A DNA stretch of 64,000 bases from Ophelia neglecta (taxonomy: Eukaryota), in contig OZ260664.1 in assembly GCA_965285935.1 (NCBI GenBank), positions 78,244,001 to 78,308,000 of the forward strand, read 5' to 3'. Position numbers and translations under genes: made by a program. How positions within the stretch are numbered: the first letter of the stretch is position 1; the number at the start of each line of letters is the position of its first letter. Below, piece by piece: positions 24,611 to 40,055 of this stretch. Under the pieces are notes generated by a model. That model was given only the letters and a program-made list of their open reading frames with translations, made no database searches and was not told where the DNA came from.

Positions 24611-27600
24611 TAGTAGGCCTATACTCGTTCTCACTAGGTATTATTGACCAAATGCAGAGTGGACTTCAACTTGACAATGTTCAAGCTGATAAATATATTT
24701 CACAAGTATGAAAAACAAAGGACATACGTTTTATTTTTCCTGCTATTATTAAACCTGGTACGAATATACAGTACATTAGATTATTAAAATGTTTCATTGC
24801 TGACTTTTATGTTCCACAACGTACTTTCAGATGTTATAAGATAATTAAAACATGCGCTTTTGTATTTATTATAAACTTGTTTTTGTAGATTAAAACGGAT
24901 ACAATGTCTCGTATAGTAACATACATCTTTGTCGTTAATATCTATAAGAAAATGCCACAAAGAAGGCCTTTATAAAAAAAATGCCGCATGCTAATGTCAA
25001 TGACATCGAAAATGTCACGGTCGGTGGGCCGGGGTGGAGAGGTCTGGCATATCTAAATATCTCATATTGGTTTGAAACTTGACCATTATATTATGCTATA
25101 ATTATATAACAAATATGCATAGAAAAGTCGTTCAGTAGTCAAAAACTTTCGACAAGCTCACAAGACTTGACTATTGACCGATTTTTGAGAACAAACTACT
25201 TATTTGAGTTATGATCACGACCATCAACAATTGTTTGGTAAACACTTGTGCTGAGTGTGAAGTCAATGCGCCATTTACCATGAAAAAAGTCGGTTAACTT
25301 ATAATTTAAAAATGCAACCGCAGCTTTTTTTAAGCCATTGTAACTGAAACATTTTTGTGCTGTTATTTCGATCAGCAAATAATAATGCTGTTAAATAAAT
25401 ATCCCTTATACACTCAAACAAATAATGCCCAAAAATGTGCTGAATTATGGTCCCCTGAATATAAGCCCTAAAATAGTTGAATATTCTGAGACCATAGGGG
25501 TCTATTCACTGGGGGATCATAACTTCCCCTGTCGCCCTAGGAGACACTCATTATTTGGTTAATATTAACCCCTGAAATTAACTGATCAGCAACAACCTCT
25601 ATCTGTAAACCGACATATTTTCTAATTTGCTTGTAACTAAGGATAGATATTTAGTTAGTGTCCTGAATAGTTATTTCGAGGTTCCATTTCAACTATGAAC
25701 ATAATTGGTTTAACGCCTATGAAACTTTTTTTCGCTTTTAAAGCATGACACTAATTGGAAGCTTCTCGCATTAAAAATGCTTATATTGCGAATATATGCA
25801 TGTAAATTTATTTTGATAACTAATGCAAACATCCCGTGCTCCATTTGGCCTTTTAGCTGGTCGTTGAAAAGTTAAGTGTATTTTATCTGATCCTTAACAT
25901 TGACCTTTATGGTCGTGGCGCCAACGTTCAACTAGCTGCAAAAGAATATCTATTTGTTTTATACATATTTGCCAACTTCATCTCCCTGACCGTGGCATTA
26001 AAGCGCCCACATAACAGACATTGTCTCAAGACCAGAATTTAAAGAAGACTTATTTGGTCAATAACCGAGAGACTCAACCGAACGTTTCAGTTGATAAAGC
26101 TGTATCACAGTTTGAGTCTGCAATATTTGAAAAACACATAAGGCTCCTCGTTGTGATAAATATGGGATACTTCACAAGCGGATATTATGCCCTTTATTAA
26201 CCCATAGAAATATTTCAGATCGTATTGGTGTTCCATATGCATGTTTGTGGCCGTTACCGTAATATCTATTTAAGACATCTATATGAAAGTTGTGTTACCG
26301 ATTGGCCTTTATAAGAATGTCTTCCAAACCCTTGTTACACATTAAAGCTGATGGCACTGGAGGAACAAACGATAGATTATTGGGAATTTTCCAATAAAAA
26401 TGTATTCACAAGTATTTAACATCAACCTCTATTCGATTTGCTCGAATTTTTTGTTATACAACTGGGTTTCAAACTGCATTCCATTTAAAGGTGAACACTG
26501 ATTATAGAACATTACCAAAAGTAAATACACGATTAGCATTCTTCATTTACCACAAATAAGACATTCCGGAAAATAAATAAGTTCATACATTAAATTACAA
26601 ACCATACCAGACCCATGTTATGTGACTTCTTAAGTCTTTACTATGGCTTAGTCAAGACAGGCACGCATTATTACCTGCCATAAAGCACAATTAACTCCAC
26701 CCTGCTGTAGCTCGCCTGCTTTGTCTGGGCTTCTAGACAAGGCAGTGCGCCGGAAACCAGAGCAGGATAAAAAAGAGATTACTCTTACTGCGTTTTTGGC
26801 TACTAGCATCACTACAAAAACAAAAATATGCGTTTCTGTTTTTGTATATGTTTGCTTGCCAAGTCCACATCTTCCATGTAATTTTAGGTCGATTTTGATT
26901 TAGTATTTCAGATTGGACACTTAATTATCAAAGCTCAAGTAAGCTTCATTGTGGAATATCACAGGGGACTAAATCCTAAACATAGACTAATTTCACAAAT
27001 TAGGCGCACTATGCAATCCATATAATGGGCGAAATCCGGTAACTATGATACGAAATAATGATCAACCAATACAAATCACATAACTTTATTATTAAAATGA
27101 GAAACCTTGTCAATTATTAATACTTGTCTGAAGTTACGTAAAACATATTATATTAACCGTCTGGTGTATCACAGATTCAGCCAAATGAATGTTCCCTTGA
27201 ATAATCACTACAACCTACTTGACCGATTTAAAAGCCATAAATAGTTTTGCGAAATAAAGATGTACCTTGGTATCAAAGTTTCGATATTTAGATCCAATAT
27301 GTTTAAGAGCTATTTGAGTCCGATTATTCACATCAACCGGAAATAATTATCCAAAATTGTCTTTTATAGGATGAAATTGGTAAACCCGGACATTATTTAC
27401 TATATTTAACCCTTAGGTACGCAAGAGAGTAGCTAGCACGTTCATATACCCGGGCCTTTATTTTATTTGAATGCTGATAATTTACAATAAAGCAATGCTG
27501 CTTCTCATTCTTTGCTCAATATGCTTTGCATATCTAAGACTCCTAATTTTGCTGGAATTTGATTATATAACAGGAACATGAATCAACCTACCAGGGTTTT

Positions 27601-30600
27601 TCTTATTATTACTATCACAGCTGGCTTCTTTGTTTATTGACACGGGTCGATAGATAGTGTAATTTTAACCGGCTGTGATCGTTATTTGATAAGACAATTT
27701 GTCCCGAAAGGTTGATCGATGAACTTGTATGATAGCATTCAATGACCCAATATACTTGTCGTATATACTTGTTGTTGCTGGGATCATCCATTTTGGTGAG
27801 TGTGTCTTCAACGACGTGGAAAACTATTGGAGTGGAAGTATAGAGTGAATGTTGTTATCTAAACCAGTGATTATCTCTCTTATAACTGGAATCGTTTTTG
27901 TGGCGCTCTGAGCGACAGTCGAAAAAAATTAGACGCAAACTCCCATTTTTATGGAACTGCTTTCTGTGTTGAATTTGTAATTAATGATATTTTAGGTACG
28001 TGCTCAAATCAAAACTATTTTAAAACAGGAAACTATTGGTATTGCACTGGGCAATAGATGGCGTGTTTTATTCACGAACTATCGGCTTCTGAAAATCCGT
28101 ACTTCGCCTCCTATTCAGCCAAAGACCATCATACGGTAGTTTTTCTTACATAATCCATGTAACCAATGTATATAAAATAACACAATGTTAACATTCTCCT
28201 TGGCCGCCGTCGTTAATTTATACGGCATAACTCGTTTTGTTGATTCTACCTTTCCATATTGTTGAACAAACATTAGATGTTGTTTTGTTTTTGTTTTGTT
28301 GAGAAGTGAGATTATGTATATAACATCCGAATTATATTTAATACGGCAGTGCAAATACTACAAAAATCCAATTGCTTGTATGCCCACATAGATAACTTTC
28401 ATTATAGGGTCTGGGATTTAAATTAAATAGATCTATGTTGTATAAACAATATAATATATTCTCCATATTCTCATATTCAAATTAGCAATAGCTAACTCTA
28501 TTGGTTTGTTAATCTACTTTATTTAATTCGATTAATTACAGTAGTCGCTCCTTAATACTTAAAATACGAAGCCACGTAAAATGGACAGTCGAGGTGCTGC
28601 CTGCTGTGACTATTTAATCTTCATCAACAGCACTCAAATAAGACATCAACATGGTCGGATATTGTAGGAGTTATATACAAAACTCACCCAGACATCTAAT
28701 ATAAATATCACCACTATTACGGCGAAAGGGTTGTAGTGTTTTTTTCCAAACAAAAATTCTAGAACGATCGGATTTCACGTTATGTACTAATGTAATGAAA
28801 AAACGGCATTGACACCTGACAAGCAAATTAACGACATTCGAAAATCATTTAAATTGCCCTAAATCCATCATATACCGTCAGTCTTCAGAAAATATGGTGT
28901 CAAATCTGACATCCGATTCATCTGATATTGTTGGAGCATGATACCCAGAGTCGTAAACATATCTTTAATTATGACCAATAATAACTAAATGAAGAAATGA
29001 GGAAGTCACACTCAGGCTACCCTCGAAATCATTGAGCTTTTATTTCGCGTTACTGGTAAAGGGGCAATCGAGCTGGACGGATGCAAGGCTACCCAATAGC
29101 CATAACCCCATGACATTTATAGACAGAAAAATACTAAAAAGGCCATAGTTGTTGATTACTTCCCTGAAGAAAGGAAAAAGGAAACGTCTTTCACCTAGGA
29201 GCTGAACTTTCATGTCGCTGAGACACGATTATTCATTGTTAGTGTAAGTATGCTGACCGCAACTTAATTATGCAGCTGCTCCCTTTTAACAAGGGAAAAT
29301 TGATAAAACCCCGCATTAAATAGTTATACACCGGGCCGCACCAATACACCAAGTAAACCCCACGACATTCAATCTGGAAATATATTCAGTATTTCATTGA
29401 AGATAGAAGATAGTGGCACAGACAGTGCAGTGTATATCTTTTTGGAGTAATCCTTGATGAGAACCATTTTGACTAATGCGTGAACGTACGAAATGACATA
29501 TGCTCTTAGAATCCTGCCCCGAAGCGTGAAGTGAAAGGATTCATTATCAGGTTTTCAACAATGTAATAAGGCAAAGGTTTCAAAGGTTCAAGGTTTTTTC
29601 CACAATTCTGATGGGGCTTGATACGACAAGGCTATCAAACCAACCTTAATTTGCAGCCATATACGACTAAACCTGTCAGCCTTATGATTGGAAAAATATG
29701 TCTGGGTGGCCAGGGTCAATGAGCTCCGAGGCATATTTAATGGGAGCAGTGTTAGAGAGCCACTCCTAGCAAGCGGCACTATTCATCAACAGGAGGACTG
29801 AATTTACGTGTTTTTCTTTTTCGATTATGAACCGGTTAAGGTTTATTTTGAAGTTTCCAGAATGGAGAGTTTCATACATATGTAATTTCTGAGAATACGT
29901 GGAAGGTCATCCCTGCACGAATTATTAGGCTACGCCGGATAAATACCGTCTTATAAAAGAGGGAACACAATGTCCAACTGTCTGTTTAGTTATGTCATTG
30001 TCTTTCAACACATGAAAGAATAATTGGCACTTGGCGAAAGCCGTAAGACTGCAAAGCGAAACTCCTTAGCTACTAAAAGAGCCACGGAAAAGAAACTTTG
30101 TTCACTTAATGTTGTCTATGTGCATACTTTAGGAATTCGCCGTACGAATTTTGCTTTTCTCTGGAAATGTACTCCGTCTCAGTTAACCTTTTTTGTAAAG
30201 AGATACTTCGGTTTACGAACAAGTCATGTGATAATCAGTGGGAATCTCTTATGTAAACATTCATAAATGGTTCACTACAAACTCCATTTTTATATTTGAC
30301 TCATATGTTCATTATTAATGTAGGTAAAATGGTCAACGGCAAGCACAGCAGGACACCAAAAATAGCATTTCTTATTAGGCAGCCTTATTATGACATGAAA
30401 TTTAAGTGCCCTTGTTCAATACACTCTATACACGAAGGGCTTTAGCTCGTTATACTTAAACTTGTCAGTGGCAAATTCACGGAGCACACACATTCATTGT
30501 ACCATCTGTGTTTGAAACGGAGTAAGCGTGGCTAGCGTGGAAAAGGCGAATGTTCACATGAACAGCATATTAACAACTTACTTCCTGTTTGTTTGATTTT

Positions 30601-33600
30601 GTCTATTTGCCTTTTTACATAATGAATTTGTAAAATTTAATTATTTCTTGTTTAGTTTAAATTAAAGCATAGGGCGATGATTGTACGCTTCAGCAGGGCC
30701 AACTGCAAGATGTGCTGCCACGCTCCCGGCTTTAAAACTATCAGAACTATAAGGAATTATATCTCCTTACCAGGTCGTTTACGACCACTTATCTTCATTG
30801 CACAACATTATTTATACACAATTACAATCAGGAAACACAACGTGAAGACCGCTGGCGCCACAAAACAGCAGTTATTGTGTTTATTTTTATAAATGTCTAC
30901 CAATCAGATAATTCCCCTATAAATGTCGGGTGGCGGGGGCACGGCCAGAGACAACACGGTTTTCCAATTAAGGTCGACTGATGCCAAATATCGGGGGTAT
31001 GTATTGCTCTATACATCGCCAGTGTTGAAAGCTTCCAATTAACTTGGCGACATCCGGGCCAAATTATGAGTCGGACACGCGATGTATGTGACAATTCAGT
31101 GCTGAATTTGTGTTTGGATACAACATATACACTCTTCTAAGAGCAATTATTTTAGTAATTGTAGTCGGATGGCTTAAATTCTCTTTGATTATGTTTCTCC
31201 CAACCGACTTACAGACATCGAGAAAGTAAACACAGCTATATACATATTTTTGATATATAGTTTGCGATTTTAATTTATTATACCACTTTGTTTTTCCATG
31301 AAACCATTACCTGTTGAAAATAAGGCTTTCTTTTGGGTCCGCGAACGAGCTGAAAAGGCAGGTTTATTTGTTTGTTTGTACAGATTCCCTTCCTCCATTG
31401 CCATAGCATAAACTGTCTTCTCTTTGCACTCTTCTATGTGTCTGGTGCTTAACTAATTAAGTGACTGAAATGTTGGAGCTCCTTAGCTAATATTATATAT
31501 ATCAATAATTAATTTCTCAAAGTATGGAGGCAACAAACACCTGTCGGCTGTTTCAAGGCTACCCATGATAAGTCCATTGTCGAATAGTTTCCAAAAAACA
31601 ACAAGAGCTATTTCAAATTTTGCATCACTATGTAAATCACGTGGTTGCAGATATATATCATTTCCCTATATTGTTCGGACCAAGGGAATCACTTTTAGCA
31701 GGTACATCAAGCGACCGTGTGTTTTAGAGTTAGTGCCATGGGATACGCAAACTAAGAAATCTGAATTTTCTGCTGGGTTACAATTGTTATATGTACAATT
31801 TTTAATTACACTAGTGGTTTAATCTGACAATATCCTTATGATTTGAATATTTCTTGCCTCTTGGTGTGACTGCGCATAAGATTGAGTCGGTCAGCAGTGA
31901 GTCACAAGAAAAACTGCACGATAACGCGTTCTATGTACCTCCTTTATTTAAGTCGACAAAGTTCTTGCGTCGATAGCTAGATTGCGTACAAGGACTATAA
32001 ATCCCTTCTTGATATTAGACAAGGAATTGCAGCCTCCTGATTGTGTATCTAGATGATTACATATATTATATCCTGGAGCTATGGAGACATCGTCAAGCAA
32101 GAAATGGAATGAATGTGTTTTTTTTTCCAAAGTTTATGAATAAAAGAAGTACCTAATCCGGACCAAGTAAATGAGTTTTTTACCATCGATTTTGGTTTTC
32201 TACCTGGTATCCAAGCATGATTTGTTCGCAACTGTTCATGTGGCATGTTCGGTGATGGCACAATCGATTGTGCATGTTGATTTAATAGGCAATGGTAGCT
32301 GAATTGCCTATTATTATGCCAAGCATCATTCCTATTGTCCTGTTGAATATCAAGCATCTAAAAATCACACTATCAGAGAATAGACCAGTTTGATCCATAT
32401 GGAATCTGGTGGTTTAAAAATAACATTTAATATTTCCCCAAAAGATAGCAAAACTGGCTACCCCTTAAAGCATTCTTACGAATTATATTGTGCAACTATG
32501 AATCGAACTACCATTGGAGTCAGAATAAGGGTGCATATTTTGTAGGCCAATCTCAGATTAAAGAATGAAATTGTATCAACTAGTGGTCTATATAGTTTGT
32601 TTGCCTTTAACATGTTACATCCAAATATTTATTTTGAAATCATCAATCTTCATTGAATTTTCAAACTAATTAAATTACCAGTTCTGAATGGCTTTTTGAA
32701 AACGACGTATGTAAATGCACGTCGGATAGATTTTTTAATGAATTGATGTGAACTCAATGCAAGGTATTATATTTTATTCACTGAGTTATAGCATAAACGC
32801 TGTTAAGAAAATATTCCATACATAAAACCAAATTAATGAAGTTCACTAGGCTGGTAAGTCAAACTCGACACTATAAGCGAGCAGTAATATACATGTTAAA
32901 TTCCCGAAATCCACCACAATCTAACCCAAGAAGGGAAAGCAACGATATTCATCACTGTATTTGCAAGCACTGTCCGCTATCAGGTACATAATTTGGTTAT
33001 TCAAGTCAAAGCAATGATGCTTAGAACTACTGTCTGCTCGTCCATCGTTGTAAGACAGCTGTATTGGCCGTGTACTCAAACATTGCGTTTGCAGTAAGCC
33101 TTCATGGTTTCCAATGAGTCTTTCTGCGGCTGATAAAACCGGCTTCCTACTGGTGATTGACATCTGATACGGGACCCGATACCGGAGGCAAAACGTAGGC
33201 AGCTATCATGTTGTTTCTTTCCTCTGTAGCATTCCAACCACTACTTCTGAGACTGCTTTGAAAGCAAAAAAATCTCTTATCTAATGTTGCAGAATGAAAC
33301 AAAAGAAAAATGTAAAAAATCCACATTTGGAGCAATTTGAGGGCACGAAAACAGTGTGCATTACACAAAAAGACGCCTTACGGGTCTCATTAATGGAGTC
33401 TTACACCAGTAAGGGTATTTGACGCAAATACGGAGTGATGGGGCCTATTTAATTACAATAAAATGTAAGGTCAACTTTGACGTGAGATACGATGCTAGGC
33501 TACATATGGCAAGTAAGATTCGATACTTCACGTTGCCATTCACGTTACCAATCGATAGAACAAGTCATACACGTGGAGGGGGGGGGGGGGGGGGTTACCG

Positions 33601-36600
33601 GTACCCGTTTATTTTCTTAGGCACCCGCAGGGGTGAATTCACCATTCCTTTACCTGTAGACTGATGTACCTCATTACTTACATTGCTTATTTCTACTGAC
33701 TGCATCTTATAGTACAGATCTAATGTATTGCATTCTTCGTATTCAGTTCTCGTTTACAAAAGTGCGGCTTAAATGGCAATTACAAAGGGTTTACCTCAAA
33801 GACTGACTGGTTATCGTAACTCGTGCGTAAATGCTCTTATAGCAACTTTGCAGTTTTTATAAGCCCGCAAAATTGGATACATCATGCTTCTGATAAAAGG
33901 TAGACAATAATATTACCTCATGTCTATGTAGAGTGAGCACCAGCTACAAAATCTACATTTTTTTCTGAGAAGATGCTGTGCCTGGCAACCATATATATTC
34001 AGAAGCAAAAAGCTGCTATAGCCGTGCACATTTCCGAAGGTTCACGTTAATAATGCAGTTAAAACGAAAACGTCAATTACGAGCAAAGATAAAGGCAAAA
34101 GCACCAAGCATCCAAGAATAACTAATTTCTGGAGCTCAGGTGTGACAATGACAGACATACCCATTAACGACGCTAATTGGAGAATTGCTTCAAAATAACC
34201 GCAATGGTCCATTTGTGTACACTGTTTAAGTGAACAGTGCCAATACGATGAATTATATTATAAATTACGAGAAATAAAAAAGTCCTGATTATGTATGATA
34301 GGCATTTACTACAGAATAATAATTGTGTTTCAACGTTCTCAAAGAAGTAGTTGGGGGGTCACTAATAAAAAAAGGATTCGTTTTTTAGAATTTGACATAC
34401 CGTTTCAATTGCATAAATTAGAAGCCTCATATTGGTTTTTTATTAGGATTTTGAATGTGCCTTCCAGAACTGGTTCTAATAGATTAATGACAATGATAGA
34501 TTAATATAATACTTCGAAACTGAACCTATAATGTATTGATAAGACAGATCTCCAATAAACTTTCCGAAGTTCCGCATAACCATGGTTTTGATAATTTGAT
34601 GGACATAAAAATGCATCCAATGTGTCTTGATTGAAGCGAAGCCATATTAAAAGGATAGAAATATACGTCACGGCCCGTTCTGTGCTTTTTAAAAGGTAGA
34701 AGCAGGTAAAAGATATTTTTATTAATCCTTTTGTTAAAAGTGCATATATTGAAAGTTTCAAAGTGACCATGGTTTCAGTAAGTAAAATTCTGTCCTCAAA
34801 ATGATATTGTATACCTAACCGGGCTTTAGTATCAAGACGAGGTACTTGCATAGTTGTTAAATTAGTTAATGTGGGGGGTACATGTCTTTTATTAAATAGA
34901 TAGTTTAAATAAAGGTTTGTTTTAAATATATAAAACCTACGGGATGATAGTCGACGATATACTTATAAATACAAGGTGGCATTGAAGTTGAAAACAGTTG
35001 AATCTGGTACTTAACGGACAATTTTTGTTTCTTATGCACACTCAAATATAGGAGTAAATGTGTAGGCGATCATATAAATCATCTCCCCTTTGGGTTTTCA
35101 AGAAACTAACAACTAATGGTTAAGTCATATATATTTATGCTTGCGCAGAATTAACCGGAACAAGTTTGCAAATTATAAAAGTAAGATCATTAATCTACGT
35201 TCGTACTTATATCCTAGGAAACCTTCCTTGTCTGAATAGCTGTAAGCTAGTGGTTGTTGGATCGAAGTATGGGTAAGAGGGGTTAGAACTAGTTAGATGT
35301 GTATTATTTCCGGTTACATACGCTTCATATTTAATCTATACGAAGCATCATGGTATTATGTTGACTACTTTTCGTTTCAAGATATATTAATTTTAATGTG
35401 CATTCCTAAATGCATCACAAGCTTCTTTTCTATTTGGGTCACGGAGGATTGGTACTTCTGGAACTGCATCTTTCGGCTCCTGAGAATTTCCAACAGTCTT
35501 AGAGAACTACTCTTCACTAATGATTTTCCTTGGTCGCCCGGATATACATTTTCGTTTTATTTTCCCTGTCGAATTGAACAAATATCATAACAATGGCCAC
35601 TTTTCCCAGTGACAATGATGTTGGAAAATAATCCGGGATATTGTTAATTATCTAATAACAGGCTATTTCCTCTGTCATTGACAACTTAGCTATAACAGAT
35701 ACCCAACAAACACTATTGCAGATACACTAATGACTAAAGAAATTAAGGAAAGCTTGTTGGTGCTAGCCTTGTACCTAGCATTGTAAATACCCTGTCGTCC
35801 AAGCTAAGTCGTCAAATTGCAATTAGTGAATGAATCAATGCAATTAATGATAGTCGAAAGAGAAATGGCTTAATAAAGATAAATGGACGTATTTTTATCT
35901 TCAAGTACCCATGACATGGTCGCGTGTTAGGTGCCTTCGATGATGAGACAGGGTATGAAATGCTCTTCAACTAGCAATTAATGTCAGTAATTACGGTGGT
36001 TTATGTAAGATTTGTGACAGAAAATAAAACTCAATTACTCGTGTAAGTGTTCGTCCTCGGGATCCGGAACATTCTCAACCGACCAAGATCAGCTGATCAC
36101 ATGGCTCAGGAAAATTAGGGACTCTGCAACCTCAGAGGTTATAAAACTGGCAAATCAAAGAAGACCATTTCAGATACTATTACATTAACCGGTTCCACTG
36201 CTGAATGTAAGACTGCATAGAGTAATAATCGAATAACTGTGCAATTGATTGTTCATTGTCATGCAATTGAGTAATAAAGCAACACTTATTTAAGGTATAA
36301 ACGGTAATAGATACGTGAGAAATAATCCGAAATCATTTCAAATAAGAGTGTACAGAAAAAAAGATAACTTTGTAATTGAAAGTTATCAGCAGTTTTATAA
36401 AATGCGGGTCTTACAAGAGGACACTCACCTAAAATAATGAAATTTGTAAATGATATCAACAACATCAAAAACTCGTTCTTGTTCTGCTTGTTGCAGTGGG
36501 AGTTCATAAAGGACCATTTGTTACGAGTATAATTATCTCCACAGGCCTTGTGCATTATTAGATGGTTTATATAACAATAATTTCAATAGTTTGCGCTTAA

Positions 36601-37006
36601 CCTCAACAATTTAGATATTTTTACAAGTTTATATTGCGCTTATATAGAATAAGAAACAAATGTTTGTGTGACAAAAAGATCAGTCCTTGTGGATAAAAAC
36701 AGCTTGTTTAAACATACATCTTTAATGCCGCTGAAAACATATATAGTTATTATCGATGCTCATATCAAACAAAAATCACGAAAATATAGTCTTCAAAACA
36801 TGATAATGAATGGAATAATCCGCAACTCAATTTATTATACGCCTTAAGCTGGTGGACTAAGAGTGATTTGAGAACCAATAGGTCATAGCGGACGGTTTAA
36901 AGCTGCATTTAGTCAGGCGTTGTGCAGATATATTTTAAACGGGTGGTCGATGTTCCTTGCTTATAATAAAATTCATGGATTAAGTTTTCATACAAGGCCA
37001 AAACTT

Positions 37007-37156
37007 NNNNNNNNNNNNNNNNNNNNNNNNNNNNNNNNNNNNNNNNNNNNNNNNNNNNNNNNNNNNNNNNNNNNNNNNNNNNNNNNNNNNNNNNNNNNNN
37101 NNNNNNNNNNNNNNNNNNNNNNNNNNNNNNNNNNNNNNNNNNNNNNNNNNNNNNNN
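37007..37156. other. Assembly gap (150 N)
   Basis: Run of N. Confidence 1.
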
Positions 37157-39860
37157 CAGAAAATATTTATCATGACAAACCAGTATTATATTGGAATGCC
37201 AACTGGAGAACAACATGACCGGCACGAATGCCTTAGAAATGAGACTTTCAATTGGACATTTATGATTTCGGATCGTTCAGACCAACGTATGGATATATGA
37301 AGCATTATTAAAAGCATACTAATGTGACAGGTATGCTTAAAAGATGGAATAATATTTACCCTTATAAAATTCACCTCATTGGCGCTTAAATTTCTCATCA
37401 AATGTTGCAGTCTATAAGACTAAGTGGCTTCTTGTGCCATGTAGCTTCCATCTATTTATCAATATAACTCACTATTGTTTGTGCTTTACCTATTTGTGTC
37501 ACTGTCGGTTGTCATATTCCCAGGCAGCAACAGACTGCCGCTATAATCGGACACTTAGGTATAATATGACTCATTTGGCGGATGAAACATCATAAGGCCA
37601 TTGTGGCAGACATCCAAGATAGGTAATTATGGTATAATTATCTAATCCCACACGTCTGGAGAGTAACTAATAGGACCGAAAATTTGTAGAAATGACATGT
37701 GCACTTTTCGCTAGGTGCATGGCTGTATGTATAGCTGACAAGTAATCTTGCTTCACATTTATGCATCATACCTTATTTTATCCAAATCTGTGATGTAGTT
37801 CTACTTAATAAATGACTATCTCATTTGTCCTTTCCACCCGATACTTACTTTAGGAACAAATGAGTAGTGCTACCTTCGATTTTACATTTATTTCTGCTTT
37901 CGTGTATGCGTATAATGGTTTTGCTTTGTGTTGCAGTTATCCAATCCTTTTTTTGTACCATATGGCACAGAAGAAAACCCACCAATGGAGTTAGACAGAA
38001 AAGCCTTCGGGAAAAAACAACTACATATTGTGCTTTGGTCTGACAATGTGCTATAATTCTTATGGTAAAATACCAGAGCAGTAACCCGACAGAAGGTCCA
38101 GTCAGAACACAGGAATCGTCCACTTAACTAGTCTGGATTTATCAGAAACCGTCAGCTGCCAGCTCACAAGCATGTATTAATTCCCATCTACATTAGTTTG
38201 ATTAAGATTGTAATGTTATAAAAATACAATATGACATTACTCTCAACGAGCAAAAGGCAAACGTTCTCCGTGATGTTAGTCGAATCGTGGTACAGACGCG
38301 TTGGCGGCCAGCGTAGGACAACGATGGAATGTGCGATTGAAGAGTCTACGATATACTAGACTCTTATGCATGTGAGACTCTGGAGGACATTTTCTGTTGA
38401 GTACAGTTGTCTGAAATAGAAGACGAAGAAAACTTGCTAGTATTTAACAAAGGGCCAATAGCTTCTTGCGTGTGGCATGCACATTGAGGTTATAGTCATT
38501 CACTGTGTGGTCCTTTTGACTTCTTTCGACATACCTTCAACCTACCTGACATGACGAAAGACTATAAATTCCCTTTTGATTACCAGCATTCTCCTTGGGT
38601 TTTTTCTAAGACGGTTGAGTACAAAACATGGAGAAAGCAAGTCAATGTGTTAAGCAATAAATTGGGAACTACTAATCATGCTTTGAATACCTTTTTAGTG
38701 CGGCTGCGACTGCTGGTTTCTGATGTATGTGGTCTGTTTAAAAGGACAGTTCCTGAATAACTTTTGTGCCTGTACGGGCACTTGCAAAGTCATGAAATCA
38801 ATATAAATAAGGTACATTTATTGATATTATTATTTTTCTGCCACAGCGAAAAGTGATAAATCAAGATTGAAGAAATATATCTATTGATTTGCAACAATCT
38901 TATTCCTATTAATCAGTGTCGTTCAAATAAGTAATTGAGGTAAGACATGATTTCCTAATAAATAAGACTGTGTTTCTCTTCATTTGTACCAGTACCAACT
39001 GGCCCTATCAACCATGGAAGTACTGATGGTATTATTCAGAACTAAGTTGGTGGCGACGGTTTTTGTCTAGCCACCGATCGGGGAATTCTATAATCCAGTT
39101 CTACATTCGAAAACATCCCACAACTATGAAGAACTGTCGTCACATATCACACATATTATTCGCATAAATTCATTTTTTTGGCACTATGGCAATGTCTTTC
39201 TTCCTAAAGCGAAAATTGGAGTATGCCGTTTTTCTTAGACCACCTTAGTCCCAAGGGAATATATTTGAGGAGAATGACGCAGTGTCTTCATTAAACATTA
39301 AACATATTCACAGACTTCATAATTAAGCTTTGTGTAAATGCAACAGTTATCAAGAAAGCTGACATGACAAGTTGGTATTGGTTTAGATGAAAATTGTGAT
39401 AAACCCTACCTTAGCTTATGTATACCCAATACAAGTTATGATGAATTGGTTAGAGCTTTGTTAGGTTTTTGTTATAAAATGACTGAAAATGTTCATTATT
39501 TAATACCACTTTCGCTTTAGCAACGGCGTTCGCTTGAGCAAATAGTGGCTTCATTGGCTAAACGGCATTTTTAATACTGTGTTTCCAAATGTCTATGAGC
39601 ATGACGAACCCTGGGGACGGGAAAAGGCAACTCTTATTCTTTATTGTTAACTACCTTTATTTCAAAAATTCCACCACTAAGCACATATTATCTAGTTAAG
39701 AACAGTTCTTACCAATGACATGCGATGTTTCTTTTCTCGCTAGCCTTTGGCGGGAAAATGTAAATGTTGTGACGAAATTCGCCGTCTGCTTGTCGAAATC
39801 AGAAATAAAAACCATTTTTTTGATTTCACCCGCATGAACGCATATTGAACAAAACCTCTG

Positions 39861-40055
39861 GGGCCGGTTTCTGGAAGCGGTCTCAGGATTCAGGATTAGA
39901 TTAGCCTATTACCGATTAGCTAAGACTTGATTTGACTAGGCTTAAGACCAAATTTGGTCTTAAGACCACTTCCAGAAACCCGGACTAGAAAGTTAAGACC
40001 GATTAAGCATTTTAATCCTAATCCTGGTCTTAGGACCTCTTCCAGAAACCGGCCC
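39861..40055. mobile_element. PIF/Harbinger-type MITE, 195 bp
   Basis: Perfect 17-bp TIR GGGCCGGTTTCTGGAAG. 3-bp TSD CTG at 39858-39860 and 40056-40058. Internal TAAGACC/GGTCTTA repeats and an internal third copy of the TIR motif. Confidence 0.85.

Noticed and set aside
35440-35570. Minus-strand SGRPRKI peptide resembling a Tc1 transposase linker
   Set aside because: Followed by a stop within a few codons, with no other transposase motifs or TIRs.
36018-36190. Protein-looking short frame (DQLITWLRKIRDSATSEVIKLANQRR)
   Set aside because: About 56 codons with no start codon, no convincing splice partner and no recognisable motif; consistent with chance.
36920-37300. ORFs spanning X runs
   Set aside because: Artefacts of the N gap.
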